Below are positions 48,148-60,790 of a stretch of 64,000 nt of DNA, piece by piece. A program made the translations under genes and the position numbers. The notes beneath the pieces are model-generated. The model ran no database searches, was not told the DNA's origin, and worked only from the letters and a program-made list of their open reading frames with translations. This DNA comes from Octopus sinensis (Eukaryota): the NCBI RefSeq assembly GCF_006345805.1, contig NC_043011.1:12152001-12216000 (forward strand), in the 5' to 3' direction. Each line of letters begins with the position of its first letter. The stretch's first letter is position 1.

Positions 48148-49504
48148 CGTCTGAGTATGCAGGAGAAAAAGAAAGAACCGAATGCAGGCGGAAAAGAAAG
48201 CACTTCAGTCCATCAGTTTGAATGCACCGAGTCGGACAATGATAGATAATTCTAATAAAACAACTAGATTCCAGTTTCAATTTTTAAACCAGCCCCCTTT
48301 TTTTGTATTATTTTTTTCTATCGCTGAAACGTATAACTAACAACATCGTTTTATGAATGGGAGATATTCCAATGACCACCTGAGTGTACCCAGATGAAAG
48401 GATTTAATAAAAAGAAATAATAGAATACCGTTATGGATGGGTGGCTTTATGGTATGGCTTTGTGTTCTATCAACTAGTTTCGTATGGGGGAAAATGTCAT
48501 TTAGAATGAAGGCGGAGTTGGTGGAAACGGTTGTGGTGATGACGATGACGATGGTGATGGTGATGGGGATGTTAATATTGTTGGGGCTGGAGGAAATTGA
48601 TAGTGATATGCTTGATATTCTGTAGTGTAAGAGCGGTGTGGTGTGATATAACATACAGCTACAGCAGGATGTAAATGTGGGACAAATAAATAAAAACTTG
48701 AAATGGATAGGAAGACGGCTAAAAATAATGTAGGCTATTTTCCATTAGTTGTAAATATGTTTTTAACGGCTCTTTGGCTTAATACTTAAATCGAATTCTT
48801 CAAAATCTTTTAGTATCAACGTTACGTGTTTTTTTGTGATCATAAAATCTGGTCGTGCCTGATGAAACTGAGGTAGCAAAAAGACGTGAGAGAAATAAAA
48901 AGAAATAGAAATATATATGTATGTATATATATATAATAAAAATAAAGAATAAAGAAAAATATTATATCTGTAAGCACTTGATAAATGAACGATGACTGTC
49001 TACAGTATAACTTTGGAATATCAACGACTAATGAGGCTCGGAAAGCACTTAAAGGGACATTAGCAATGACTTTTGAATAATTCTTAACAATTGCTAAAAA
49101 CACCCACCGTGACTACTTTGCTCAAAGAATATTTGGATAGATTGCAGAAACGTCTAAGAAAGCTAAAAGCGTGTTAAATATTCTTCAAGAGTGAGAGAGA
49201 GAGAGAGGTGAAGAAAGAAGAATGAACAACAACAAAAAGAGAAACAAAAAAAATAGAAAACAGAAGAAATAGCGGCATCAAGGTGGAAGAAGCTGTTTTT
49301 CTTGGCACAAACTTTTTAACAGAGTTAACTTTTTCATACCCGAGAAGTCTTTTGTGACTAAACATTAAAAGACTTCAATGCTTCGGCATGGTTACGTGTA
49401 AGTTTAACACGCCCGGTTTTCCTTTCATCTTAAAAGCCGCGAAGCTATGGAGAGATGCATAGGCCATAAGGCTGTGGTTACGGTGCAGCAAGTTCAGGGT
49501 AAAG

Positions 49505-49510
49505 GAATAC

Positions 49511-49558
<48 letters not shown>

Positions 49559-49869
49559 TTGATGTATGTATGTATGTATGTATGATACATATATCCTGTT
49601 GTGTGTATTCATATATGTATGCATGTATATATATATATATATTATTATATCTGTGTGTGTATTCATATATGTATGCATGTATATATGTTATATATACATA
49701 TACATATATATTTATATATATTTGTATATAATACATACATAAATATGTATGCATACACACAGACATATATAGAGGTAAATATATATACATATATATACAT
49801 ACATATACATACGTATATATATATATATATGATATAGATAGATAGATAGATAGATATATGTAATATATC

Positions 49870-49900
<31 letters not shown>

Positions 49901-50384
49901 CTATATATATATATATATATATCAACCCTACATATGTATATATTATTCACATACACAACATTGCTATGTTTATTCTGATGGAGACTTTCTTACTGTGTCA
50001 TGCACAAAGGAAATGATGTCCAGCAATACATAGCAGAACATACAATTCAAAGATTTCGTCTCATGGTCTGATGAATCTTATTGTCCATTAGAATTTCTTG
50101 GGCCTCTTTCTTAATATATGTTTTTTTTTTTTACCTCACACTCCTTCGCTCCCTCCGCTTTCCTCTCTCTCTCCTATCTCCTCCCTAACTATCTCTCTGT
50201 CTCTCTTCTCTCGCTCGCTCGCTCCTCTTGTGTCTCTCTCTCTCTCTCTCTCTCTCTCGTTTCTTCTTTTTTTTTTTGCTATGAATCTTTACACTTCAAA
50301 AATACGACTTACCTTCATCTTTCTCTATTGATCTTTCTGTAAGTGTGTATATATTTTTTTCTCTTTCCTGGAGTGTTTTTTTCA

Positions 50385-50426
<42 letters not shown>

Positions 50427-50631
50427 ACTTATTTATATACACACACACACATAATTACATATATATATATATTAGTGTTTAGGCTGTTTCTATAACAGTG
50501 AAGCTGAAAACGACACTCTCTACTAAAACAAAACAAAACAAACATAAACAAAAAGTGTAAATCTTGAGTCACAACATAATTTTATTGCCTTTTTTTTCTT
50601 CCTCCCCCACTTTTCCTTCTACTTCACTCAC

Positions 50632-50679
<48 letters not shown>

Positions 50680-50911
50680 GTTCTCTTACAATCTTGGAAT
50701 CAGTGAAAATGGCAAAAAGATATGTATGATAAGGAAGTAAAAGTAATTGATAGGCAGTCATCCGTGTTACACACAAGTCACATTTATTACATTACTATCC
50801 GACTTTACTTTAGATTCAAAAATTAACTCAGATTATTGTTGTTGTTATTATTAATATTATTGATATTATTATTAATATTATTATTATCGTTATTATTATT
50901 ATTATTATTAC

Positions 50912-50942
<31 letters not shown>

Positions 50943-51627
50943 GCAATCATCATCAGCATTATTATTATTATTATTATTATAGAATTTTTTTTTTTATTTT
51001 TCGAGTTTAGTTTAAATGTCTGTTTGCATGTTTCTGTTTGAAGACAGTTATCAACGAAACAAACTGAGAGAAATCAATTTTCTCTGAGTGTGTGTGTGTG
51101 TGCGTGTGTGTGTGTGTGTCGTTTGTGTGTGTGTGTGTGCGTCTGATGTTTATGTTTATATGTATGTGTTGTGTATGTGTGTTTTGTTTTGTCTTATTAA
51201 CTTATTAATTGAATTTTTTCTATATTTTTTATTTTTTTTTTTTTTACAAATAACTGAAAAAATATCATTTCAATTCTGAAAGCATCTTATTTATATTTAT
51301 ATATTAGTTACTTGTTACTGTGATTTGTTTGTTTGTGTATATATGTGTAAGTGAGCAAGTATGTATGTGTGTGTGTGTGTGTGTGCGCGTGCGTGTGTTG
51401 AATGTGGGTGTATTTTTCTTATATCTCTTAGTTATCTGGCTACATATCTTTTATATAACACATTTTATTTATTTATTTATTTGTTTATTTATTTATTTAT
51501 ATAAATGTATTTACATACATGTACATATACATATGTACATACATAGATATACAATATATGTATTTGTATAAAGAAAGATACAGATATGTGTATGCGTGTA
51601 TACGCACATACACACGAACCCCTACAC

Positions 51628-51680
<53 letters not shown>

Positions 51681-51720
51681 ATATATATTATATTCTTCAT
51701 ACATGATATATATATATATC

Positions 51721-51758
<38 letters not shown>

Positions 51759-51900
51759 TATATACGTATATACATATGTGTATTTAATTATACATATTTA
51801 TAAATATCTAATTATACGTATGTATTTGCAGATATATATACATATGCATATATATATACATATTCACTCATGCATTTTGCTCATATACTTCGCACACACA
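49505..51900. repeat. Dense (TA)n, (TACA)n, (CT)n, (TTA)n and (TG)n microsatellite field
   Basis: Direct inspection; source of many spurious Y/I-rich ORFs. Confidence 0.95.
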
Positions 51901-53243
51901 CACACACACACACGCCCGCGTCTCTGTACTATGTATATATGTATAAGAGATCTTTGAAATCGATGTCAGTTTTTTTTTCTTGTGTGTGGATGAGGATTTT
52001 TTATTTATCTTCATTATATGATTTTTTTTTTCTTTCTTGCCAAACGCACAACACACAACACACGGTCATACAGCATACAGAATAAGAGAGAGATAAAAAA
52101 AAAAAGTAAGAAAAGGAGAGTGTGAGAAAGGGAGAGTGTGAGAAACTGAGAGAGTGAGTGAGAGAGAGAGAGAGAAGGCTGTGGTATTTAACACAAACAC
52201 ACTTGTACTGCTCTCATTGATGTAAAGAGACCTTTCAAAACAGCATTAACTTCGCTTCAACTATACACTTCAACAGAATGATTTCTTCTTTCACACATCT
52301 TACACATTTCATTTACAATTTCTTATTTTCTTCTCTTTCTCCTTCTTCTTTTTCTTTCTTTATTTGTTTTGTAATTGTTGTTGACATCATTGAAACAGTA
52401 ATATTGCGCTAGCTGTTCTTTCTTGTTTTTCTTTTTCTTTTTCTCTTTTTGCTTCTTTCTGGTTTACATTTTACCTTGATTTCTGTTTTTTTCTTTTTAA
52501 CGTTTCGTCTTCTCTTGTCATATTTTTTTTTCTTCCTGAACTTTCTTGTCTCCTCGGTTGTTGCTGTTTTTTTTTTTTTTTTTTTTTTGTCATTCCTTCT
52601 TAAACTTTTTACAGTCGCTTGCACCTCTCCTTTTACTAATGGCATTGATATGTTTCTGTCCAAATAGACAGTCAAAACGTTCGCCTCCTTTCATCGCAAA
52701 AGCTTTGCTGTCAAATACAGATATTATTAGGGGCTTCTTGCAATAAATGCAAAGGATGTGATCTTGGTTGAGAAAGTGGTGACGGTGGATAGTAGGGCTT
52801 GCGGTGGCGGTGGGGGAATCTCTTGAGTAAATTTAGTGGGTGTTTCTTTTTATAACTCTTCTAAGTAGTATCAATAACACACTCTCTCACCTCCTTCCAC
52901 GCCCACCCCTATAAACACATCTGACCAACACCTAAGAACCTCTTAGTGTTATACAGATCAGATTCATGGTTTAGACGAAGTTAGATTTAAATCTTAGAAA
53001 CGATTCTGTTTCAAGACGTTTCCATTAAGTTTTTCACCATTATTCGCACGCACGTATATTCGTGCACACATACGCACACACTTACATATACGCACACACA
53101 CACATACACAAACAAACAATCAAACAACATACTTATTTATTGTGATTATATGTATCATGATAACTGCGTATTTATGTAGTTTTTTTTTACTGCAATTTTT
53201 CTTCTAACTGGGATACTTTACATACTTAAAGGGATATATATAT

Positions 53244-53337
<94 letters not shown>

Positions 53338-53340
53338 TAT

Positions 53341-53481
53341 AAAATAATATGTTACATTACTCAATACTCAAGATAAAGCTCTGAGTTTCAGATGCCGAAG
53401 TGGAAATCCACAACACCATCTCTTCGGCATCTGAAACTCAGAGTTTTATCTTGACTATTGAGTAATGTAACATATTATTTT
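53341..53481. repeat. Hairpin/MITE-like inverted repeat: 60-bp arms, 21-nt loop
   Basis: 53341-53400 vs 53422-53481 complementary at 58 of 60 positions; adjoins a (TA)n tract. Confidence 0.9.
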
Positions 53482-53922
53482 ATACATAAATTTCCTCTAT
53501 TTACATAATATTGAGGTCTCTTTCTTTCTTTTGTTATCTTACCGTTTTTATCAATATATATATATATATATATATACAGAGAGAGAGAGACAAACAGACA
53601 GATAGGGAGAGATATACAAAGAGACGTGTATGTATATAACGAATTTATGTATACATACATACGTGCGCACGTGTATGTTTGTGTGTGTTTGTGCATGCGC
53701 ACATGCAGTGAAAGGAACCTTTCGAGTTTCTCCCATGTCCCTTTACGTTCTGAGATCAAATCGCCGCATGCTTCCTCTTTTGTTTCTCCAAGGTCAATAG
53801 AATACACAAGATTAATTATTCCGAAGAAATCAACTGTACACCTCAATCACAGAGACATTTGTTAACGGATGCTAATACGAAATGTGTAATAATACGAAAG
53901 AAATTATTATTATTATTATTAT

Positions 53923-53981
<59 letters not shown>

Positions 53982-54675
53982 TTTGCTTATCAGAGTCTAT
54001 AATGACGTTTGACTGCCCCCCTCCTCCCCACCGTCTCCTTCTGTCTGGCAACTATGACGAAAGAAGTTGTTTAGTGGACATGACAGAACTTTTCATACCA
54101 GGCCAAACAGTCAGCAACTTCTTCAAGTACCACTTGAGCAGGAACGTGTGAGTAGAGAGGAAGGTACTGTTCCCTAGTAATTTTTATGTGAGCTGGGTGA
54201 AACTGACAAAACTCACATGGCTAGACGGCCGTAGTCTAACTATAACGCCAGCGTATAAAACTAGAGGCCACTTGTGCTGGTATGTACCGTGTGTCTCGAA
54301 TCACTCTGTGTGGTTGCATCTTCTCCATTTTGAAGGTATCCATTCTTGGCCTTAGTTTGCTTCTTGATACTGTCATCGCTGTTTATATTTGTGAGGGCGC
54401 GTAGCCTAGTGGTTAGGACCTGTTTCGAGTCCAGAGCAATGCATTTGCTACTAGGCAAAACACTTCATTTCACTTCGACATCTGACATATACTTCACTGC
54501 GTACCTGTACAGACAATGTCGATTTGATAGAGGGAGCGAACTAAAATAAACATTTGACCACTATACCCAAATAATCTGTGTAGGTTGCTCAGCAGAAACC
54601 TCACTTGTCGTCCACGACAGGCGAGCCCACGAGATTTATAATTGCCCAAGTAGTATAGATCTTTACAATCTAGGC

Positions 54676-54925
54676 CAGTGGTTTACAACCGGGTTCCATA
54701 TGACCACTGGGGATCCATATAAGATTTTGTTGTTAAAATTTATGTACAATAAATTGGTTGTACTTCTACAATACACAAAATTTTGTTTTCTTCATACAAT
54801 TCTTAATATTTAATTATGTAAATACAAAATAGGATTTTTTTTTAATGTTGAATGGTTATAAGGGTCCAACTGAATAAAATAGGCATCATAGGGGTCCATA
54901 AGCAAAAAACGGCTGAGTACCACTA
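54676..54925. mobile_element. hAT-like MITE (degenerate)
   Basis: CAGTGGTTTACAACC at the left; degenerate GGCTGAGTACCACTA at the right. Confidence 0.45.
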
Positions 54926-55413
54926 ATCAAAGCAATTAACTCTGTAGCATTTCATGCGAGTATTTGGCCAACAGCGTACTCAAAAGGAATACAACAATAT
55001 CTTTAGCCATCAACAAATCCATAAAAATAAATAATACAATATTATTTATACTCTAGGAACAAGGCCCTGAAAATTTTGGGGAAGGGGACTAGTCGATTAC
55101 ATCGACCCCAGTGTTTCACTGGTACTTAATTTATCGACTCCGAAAAGATAAAAGACAAAGTCGACCTCGGCGGAATTTGAACTCAAAACGTAAAGACGAC
55201 AAAATACGGTTAAGCATTTCGCCCTGTTGCCAGGAATTGTTTATAAAAAGCGCCTTGGGACAATAAAAGAAACCTTATTATTATTATTATTGTTGCTGTT
55301 GTTATAATATTATTATTAATGTTATCATTACCATAATTGCTATTATAACTTATTCTATTTAATTATTCAGTCATTGATTGATTGATTGATTGATCTGTTT
55401 TTTCTTCTTGCAG

Positions 55414-55685
55414 ATCTACAACAAGCAATCCATCTACCGTCAGCTCTGCCGCCGTCAGCGATCGCTCTACGGAAACGTCGAAGACCATATTCCAAGTACC
55501 AAATCGCCGAGCTAGAAAGAGAGTACGCTATCTCCACCTACATCTCAAAGTCACGCCGCTGGGAATTATCACAACTGCTTAACTTAAGTGAACGACAGAT
55601 CAAAATTTGGTTCCAGAATCGCCGAATAAAGGCGAAAAAGTTGCAAAAACGGGATGAGACTTTAAAAGGTCAATCTTCGAATTGA
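55414..55685 (+). CDS. Post1: Posterior Hox gene Post1, terminal (homeobox) exon; homeodomain at 55467-55646
   Basis: Acceptor ttttcttcttgcAG (phase 1); [60 protein letters not shown]; [14 protein letters not shown] and RRWELSQ recalled as lophotrochozoan Post1 signatures, unlike Post2 (PYTRYQTMVLENEF); stop TGA at 55683-85. Confidence 0.88.
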
Positions 55686-55709
55686 TGTCAAATAACATCC
55701 TGTGTGGTT

Positions 55710-55715
55710 AATAAA
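55710..55715 (+). promoter_or_regulatory. Candidate polyadenylation signal for Post1
   Basis: AATAAA 25 nt after the stop codon; may not be the site used. Confidence 0.25.
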
Positions 55716-56099
55716 CACAATGATTTTGGTGATGTAGAAGTTGTGAGAGAGAGGGAAAGAGAGAGAGAGAGTGAGGGAGGGAGGGAGGGAGGGAGAGAGA
55801 GAGAAAGTGGAAGGGAGATAGAGTGTCAATGAGAAAAAAAAAAAAAAAAAAATGACGAGCGGAGGAAGAAGAAGAAAAATAATGTTGGTTGTTAATGATT
55901 ACGTTAGTATGTATGAAGGAAGTCAGTAAAAACACAAAACAAACAAAAAGAGACAAACGGAAATTGAAAAAAAAAAAAATAATAAAATAAAATAAAATTA
56001 TAAAATTAAAAAAAAAAAAACGAAAAACAACACTATCCTCCAACAACAGTAACAACAATAAAAACAATACGAACAAATGACTATGATAATATTATTAAT

Positions 56100-56118
56100 A
56101 TGAATAATAATGATAATA

Positions 56119-56149
<31 letters not shown>

Positions 56150-56254
56150 AATAATAATAATCATAATAAATACAAAGAAAGAGAGAAAGAAATTTTAAAA
56201 GGAAAAAATATATAAACATTTGTGTCCTTTTTTCGTACTTTGATTGTTTTATTG

Positions 56255-56306
<52 letters not shown>

Positions 56307-56790
56307 TCTCTTATTTTCTTTTTGTTATTGACCACATGATCAGTGGTCATCATCGTCATCGTCACCGTCAGCACAACCTCCACGTGCATCATCATCACCG
56401 CCGTCGTCGTGGTCGTGGTCGTCGTCGTCGTCATCTTCGTTGTCATCGTTATCATCATCATCATCATTATCATTATCACTACCACCACCGCCACCATCTT
56501 AGTTTTCATCATCACCACCAACACAATCATCATCATCATCATCATCCTCACCACTACAACTAACGCCACTATTTACTTTCACCATCATCATCATCACCAT
56601 CATCATCATCATCGTCGTCGTCGTCGTCATAAGTAGCACCACCGCCACCGTCATTACTAATAGCATTAATTTCTTCGAAAGATTACTGAAATTATCATCA
56701 TTACCTTTACCATCATCATCATCATCTTAGTCATAATTAACATTGTTGTTGTCGTTGTTGTGGTCGTCGTTGTCCTCGTCATCATCTATG
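56100..56790. repeat. (AAT)n, (TTA)n and mixed (CAT/CGT/CAC)n trinucleotide low-complexity tract
   Basis: Direct inspection. Confidence 0.9.
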
Positions 56791-57447
56791 TCTAACTAGG
56801 AAATTGTTATTAAGTGAACATGAATTTTTTTAAGGCCTTTCGTTTTTGCTGTAACTAATATTGTTTTCCTTATTTTTTTTCTTTTCGTTGAACTTCGATC
56901 AGCATGTATGCAAAATAATTTACTAAAAAAAAAAGCAAAAAATTGGAATAACAAACAAAAACGTTTTTTTTTCATTTCTTTCTAAATTATTTGGACCTTC
57001 TAGCCCCAGTAGCTTCCAGCAAACCAAAGTAGACGTATGAACTATCAATCAGGCAAGCATACCGTATAAAAAACGAGATACCAAATGCTTTGGTAGTTGG
57101 ATTAGTTAGAAAGATTGAGAAGGACTTTATGTTAGTAAGGTTCATTAATAAAGCATCTGGTACTCGCTATTTTATCGACCCCGAAAGAAAGAAAGACAAT
57201 AATGACCCCCAGTGAGATTTGAAATCAGATCCTAAAGGAATATAATTAAATTCTGCAATGATTCATTTAATCATTTGCTGTACAGTTTTTCGTATCCCAA
57301 CGCCGAGGGAAATGGGGTTTAATAATTGGTCACGAGGAGCCAAGATTTTGATGACAGTTTAAAGATCAAATATAAGAGAAGAGAAAAGAAAATGCAAGAA
57401 ACGTGAGATAAAAAAGGATGAAATCAACAATTATAGTAAAAAATCGA

Positions 57448-57542
57448 TTAATAATAATAATAATAATAATGATAATAATAATAATGATAATAATAATAAT
57501 GATGATGATAATAATAATAATAACAATAATAATAATAATAAC

Positions 57543-57583
<41 letters not shown>

Positions 57584-57602
57584 TAATAATGATAATAATA
57601 AT
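57448..57602. repeat. (AAT)n microsatellite
   Basis: Direct inspection. Confidence 0.95.
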
Positions 57603-57616
57603 GTTTGTTGTTGTTG

Positions 57617-57899
57617 TTGTCTGTTCCTTCTCGAGCCACGCCTGGCTCATAAGGGCCGGTTTCCCGGTTTCCTTGGTGTATAGATTCCCCACCTGGACGG
57701 GACGCCGGTCCGTCGCAGGTGAGCTGCAAGATGCAGGAGGAAAGAGTGAGAGAAAGATGTGGCGAAAGAGTCAGCAGAAGTTCGCCATTACCTCTTGCCG
57801 GAGCCGCATGGAGCTTAGGTGTTTCGCTCATAAACACACACATCGCCCAGTCTGAGATTCGAACCCGCTGCTCTAACCGCTAGGCCATGCGCCTCCACA
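57617..57899 (-). mobile_element. SINE related to family D
   Basis: ggaagagtgagagaaag..ggcgaaagagt..gagcttaggtgtttcgctcataaacacacac..gagattcgaacc..ctaaccgctaggccatgcgcctcc. Confidence 0.7.
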
Positions 57900-58345
57900 G
57901 TCTTCTCTTATAGAGGGTGACAAAAAACATAAAAATAAGGTTTGTGTTTCATTCTTAGACAAAATTTTAATTTTTTCTCTCATGTCAGTGACAAAAAAAT
58001 ATGGCTATAAACATTTCAACCACGCCCCCGAAAATACATACCCTTGCCCAACTGTTATTCACCCAATCTGGCCAACATGGATATCAAAATTAGAAAGTTA
58101 ATGGCTATGCATTGGGAGCCTTCATACTAGAAGTAACGTAGTAAGATTTTACTTACCTGGGTAGAAAGATGGAAGAGGACTGGACTAGCTGGAATCGAGG
58201 ATAGTGTTGTGAAGATAATCAAGTCTTTGCATGCCTATCTGAGTGAGAAGTTAACCAGTGGCAACAGTGAGACCCTCTCCCTCCCAGGGGTACAATATGA
58301 GGGCTAACAGAGAAAAGATCATCAATTGGAAAGAGAAAGTCTTAC

Positions 58346-58733
58346 ACTCTTACTTTTTTTACTTGTTTCAGTCATTTGACTGCGGCCATGCTGGAGCACC
58401 GCTTTAGTCGAACAAATCGATCCCAAGACTTATTCTTTGGGAGCCCAGTACTTACTCTATCGGTTTCTTTTGCCGAACCGCTATGTTACGGGGACGTAAA
58501 CACACCACCATCGGTTGTCAAGCGATATTGGGGGACAAAGACACACAAACATATACACAAACATACATATATATATATACATATACACGACGGGCTTCTT
58601 TCAGTTTCCGTCTACCAAATCCATTCACAAGGCTTTAGTCAGCCCGAGCCTATAATAGAAGACACTTGCCCAATGTGTCACGCAATGGGAATGAACCCGG
58701 AACCATGCGATTGGTAAGCAAGCTACTTACCAT
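58346..58733 (-). mobile_element. tRNA-derived SINE family A (full-length-looking)
   Basis: Collinear with 538-921. Confidence 0.85.
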
Positions 58734-58759
58734 GCTTTTCCAACAAACATCGGATAAAT

Positions 58760-59400
58760 CTGATGAAACATCATGGAGATTGTTAAGACATGGTTCTCTT
58801 TAAAGAAGACAAAAGAATTGATTCTTGCTGCTCAAGAACAAGCTTCACAAAGCAACTCAATTAAGTGGAGCATTGATAACACAGCAGTATCAACTTTGCA
58901 TAGACTACGGGAAAAATCATCTGAGAGAGTTGAACATACAATTAGTGGATTCCCAAAACTGGCCCAAAAGGAGTACAAAAATAATATGATTCATGGTTGG
59001 GCGAATACACAGGGAATTGTACTGTTCCAAGTGGTAAGAGTACCAACTTTTGTCAGTAGCAGAAAATGATCGGGTGAAACTCACACGGGATATCCCAATA
59101 TACAAAGACAAAAATCTGCAATGTGACCAATCAGATATCACTCTCTCATGGAAGGAGTCCGAAGAATGGAGCTTCATTGATGTAGCTATACTAACAGAGC
59201 TGATTATTTTGATGACAGAATCGGAAAAAATCGGGAAGTATCAAGACCAAGCATTGGAAAATGAAACGAATTCAGAGTCTCAAAAGAGAGTGTAGTACCG
59301 ATTGTGATCGGTGCACTTTAGACCGTCTCAAAGAGAGCAATATTTTGGCATCAAAAGCTGCAAATACTAAACTTCATAGAAATTACTAAGAAACTTCATA
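58760..59400 (+). mobile_element. R4/Dong-like non-LTR retrotransposon C-terminal fragment
   Basis: TKELILAAQEQA..VEHTISGFPKLAQKEYK; ENDRVKLTRDIPI..SFIDVAI..EKIGKYQD. Confidence 0.75.
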
Positions 59401-59629
59401 GAAAGTGTTGTGTCCTTAAATTGCGGGAAGGAGCTGAGACGTGACATAGATGAATCGGGAGAAGTTAAGTGAACAAATAATGCTCTTAAGGTGGTATGTT
59501 CCGTGCATTGTGAGACGTTTTCTCGATTTTCGGTCCAGCCTCTGTAACTCCACTTTCTTCTAAATGATAATACTTGCACATAGCTCAATAATGTAATCAC
59601 CATGTATTGGATACCTGATACTATTTCAT

Positions 59630-59810
59630 CCATTCAATTGTTTTTACCACAGAACCAGTCTAAGTCTTCAGATACACTCTTGAGAAACATTTGTCTTCCT
59701 TTCTTCTTCTATAACTTCACTCAAGATATTTACACCCAATATCATCAATCCTTTTCATGATTTCCCCTGATGGCAATTTTACACCTCCGATCATTTTTTC
59801 AGGAATATTA
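59630..59810 (-). mobile_element. R4/Dong-like RT thumb fragment
   Basis: GVKLPSGEIMKRIDDIGCKYL..QECI*RLRLVL. Confidence 0.5.
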
Positions 59811-59929
59811 CTCCACGGTTTTTAGATTAAATTCCATTTCGATGTAACCAGGTACAAGAAGGGGCGAGGACTAATTCGTTGTAAAAGTTGCGAACGGCTC
59901 AGAAGAAATTAGCTTGACGTGGTATATCA

Positions 59930-60790
59930 AAAGTAACACAGATCCCTTGTTGGTGCAGATGAGAATATCTGGTAGTTAGGACAGATATTTGCGTGGAAAC
60001 AAGAGAGTACAAAGAAAAATATTTTAAGACGAAAGAAAATGGAGTGGAAAAAGAGGTGTACGGGTAGTTTGCGGAGGAGGGAGCAGGAATACAGATGCCG
60101 ACAGAAGGTAATGCTATCTAAGGAAGCGTGACTTGAAGTCAGAAATAGAAGCACTTATCTGTGCTGCACAGCAACAAGCACTCAGAACAAATTAAGTCAA
60201 ATGCGAGGCCGACAACACAGTAGAGAGTGAAAAGTGCAGGTTGTGCGGTGATAAAAATGAGACTGTGTGGCCCCCACCAAAAAAAATACGAAAGAAGACA
60301 GGATGATGTCATGAGAATGATTGGGAGCTGTGTGAAAAGTATGGTTTGGAAAGAGCAAGAGCGCTGTATGGGCAAACCTCAGAAGAGTAATCAAGAGTAT
60401 CAAGGTAGAAACACAGTAGGTCACAATGACCTAATGTGATTATGAAATTGAACGTTGAAAATCGGTATATAACGGTTGTGAATAAAGAGGGAAAATACCA
60501 GTTTAATCATAGGTATTGCATGTCCTGGTGATAATAGATTATCGGAAAGAGACGCAGGTCAGATATGATGATTTAAAGTGGGAGTTAAAAGTGGTTTTGT
60601 CATTGAAGAAGGTGATGTAGTACGTGTTGTTGGAGCCTTGGGTACAGTAAGTGCCAACGAACTGGATTGAAAAATACGGGTACATGTGAAGATCATCTAT
60701 AGAACAGAATCTACAGAAAACAGTGCTCCTTAGAACTCCACGAAAATTCGGCAGAGTTCACGAAATCTGAATGAAGTGTGTTACTTCATC
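59930..60790 (+). mobile_element. Second R4/Dong-like 3' fragment
   Basis: LRKRDLKSEIEALICAAQQQALRTN..KCRLCGDKNETV; decayed REL region downstream. Confidence 0.75.

Noticed and set aside
48859-48865. CTGATGA hammerhead-core match near Post1
   Set aside because: No stem II hairpin followed by GAAAC and no stem I partner
49447-51957. Many Y/I/C/V-rich ORFs
   Set aside because: Translations of (TA)n, (TG)n and (TACA)n microsatellites
53882-54153. ORF ending at a GTGAGT donor as Post1 exon 1
   Set aside because: Donor phase is 2 in the open frame (phase 1 needed), the phase-1 frame has a stop at 54135, and the segment looks repeat-derived
56222-56636. His-rich and Ile/Val-rich ORFs downstream of Post1
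   Set aside because: Translations of mixed CAT/CGT/CAC trinucleotide repeats; no splice or codon evidence
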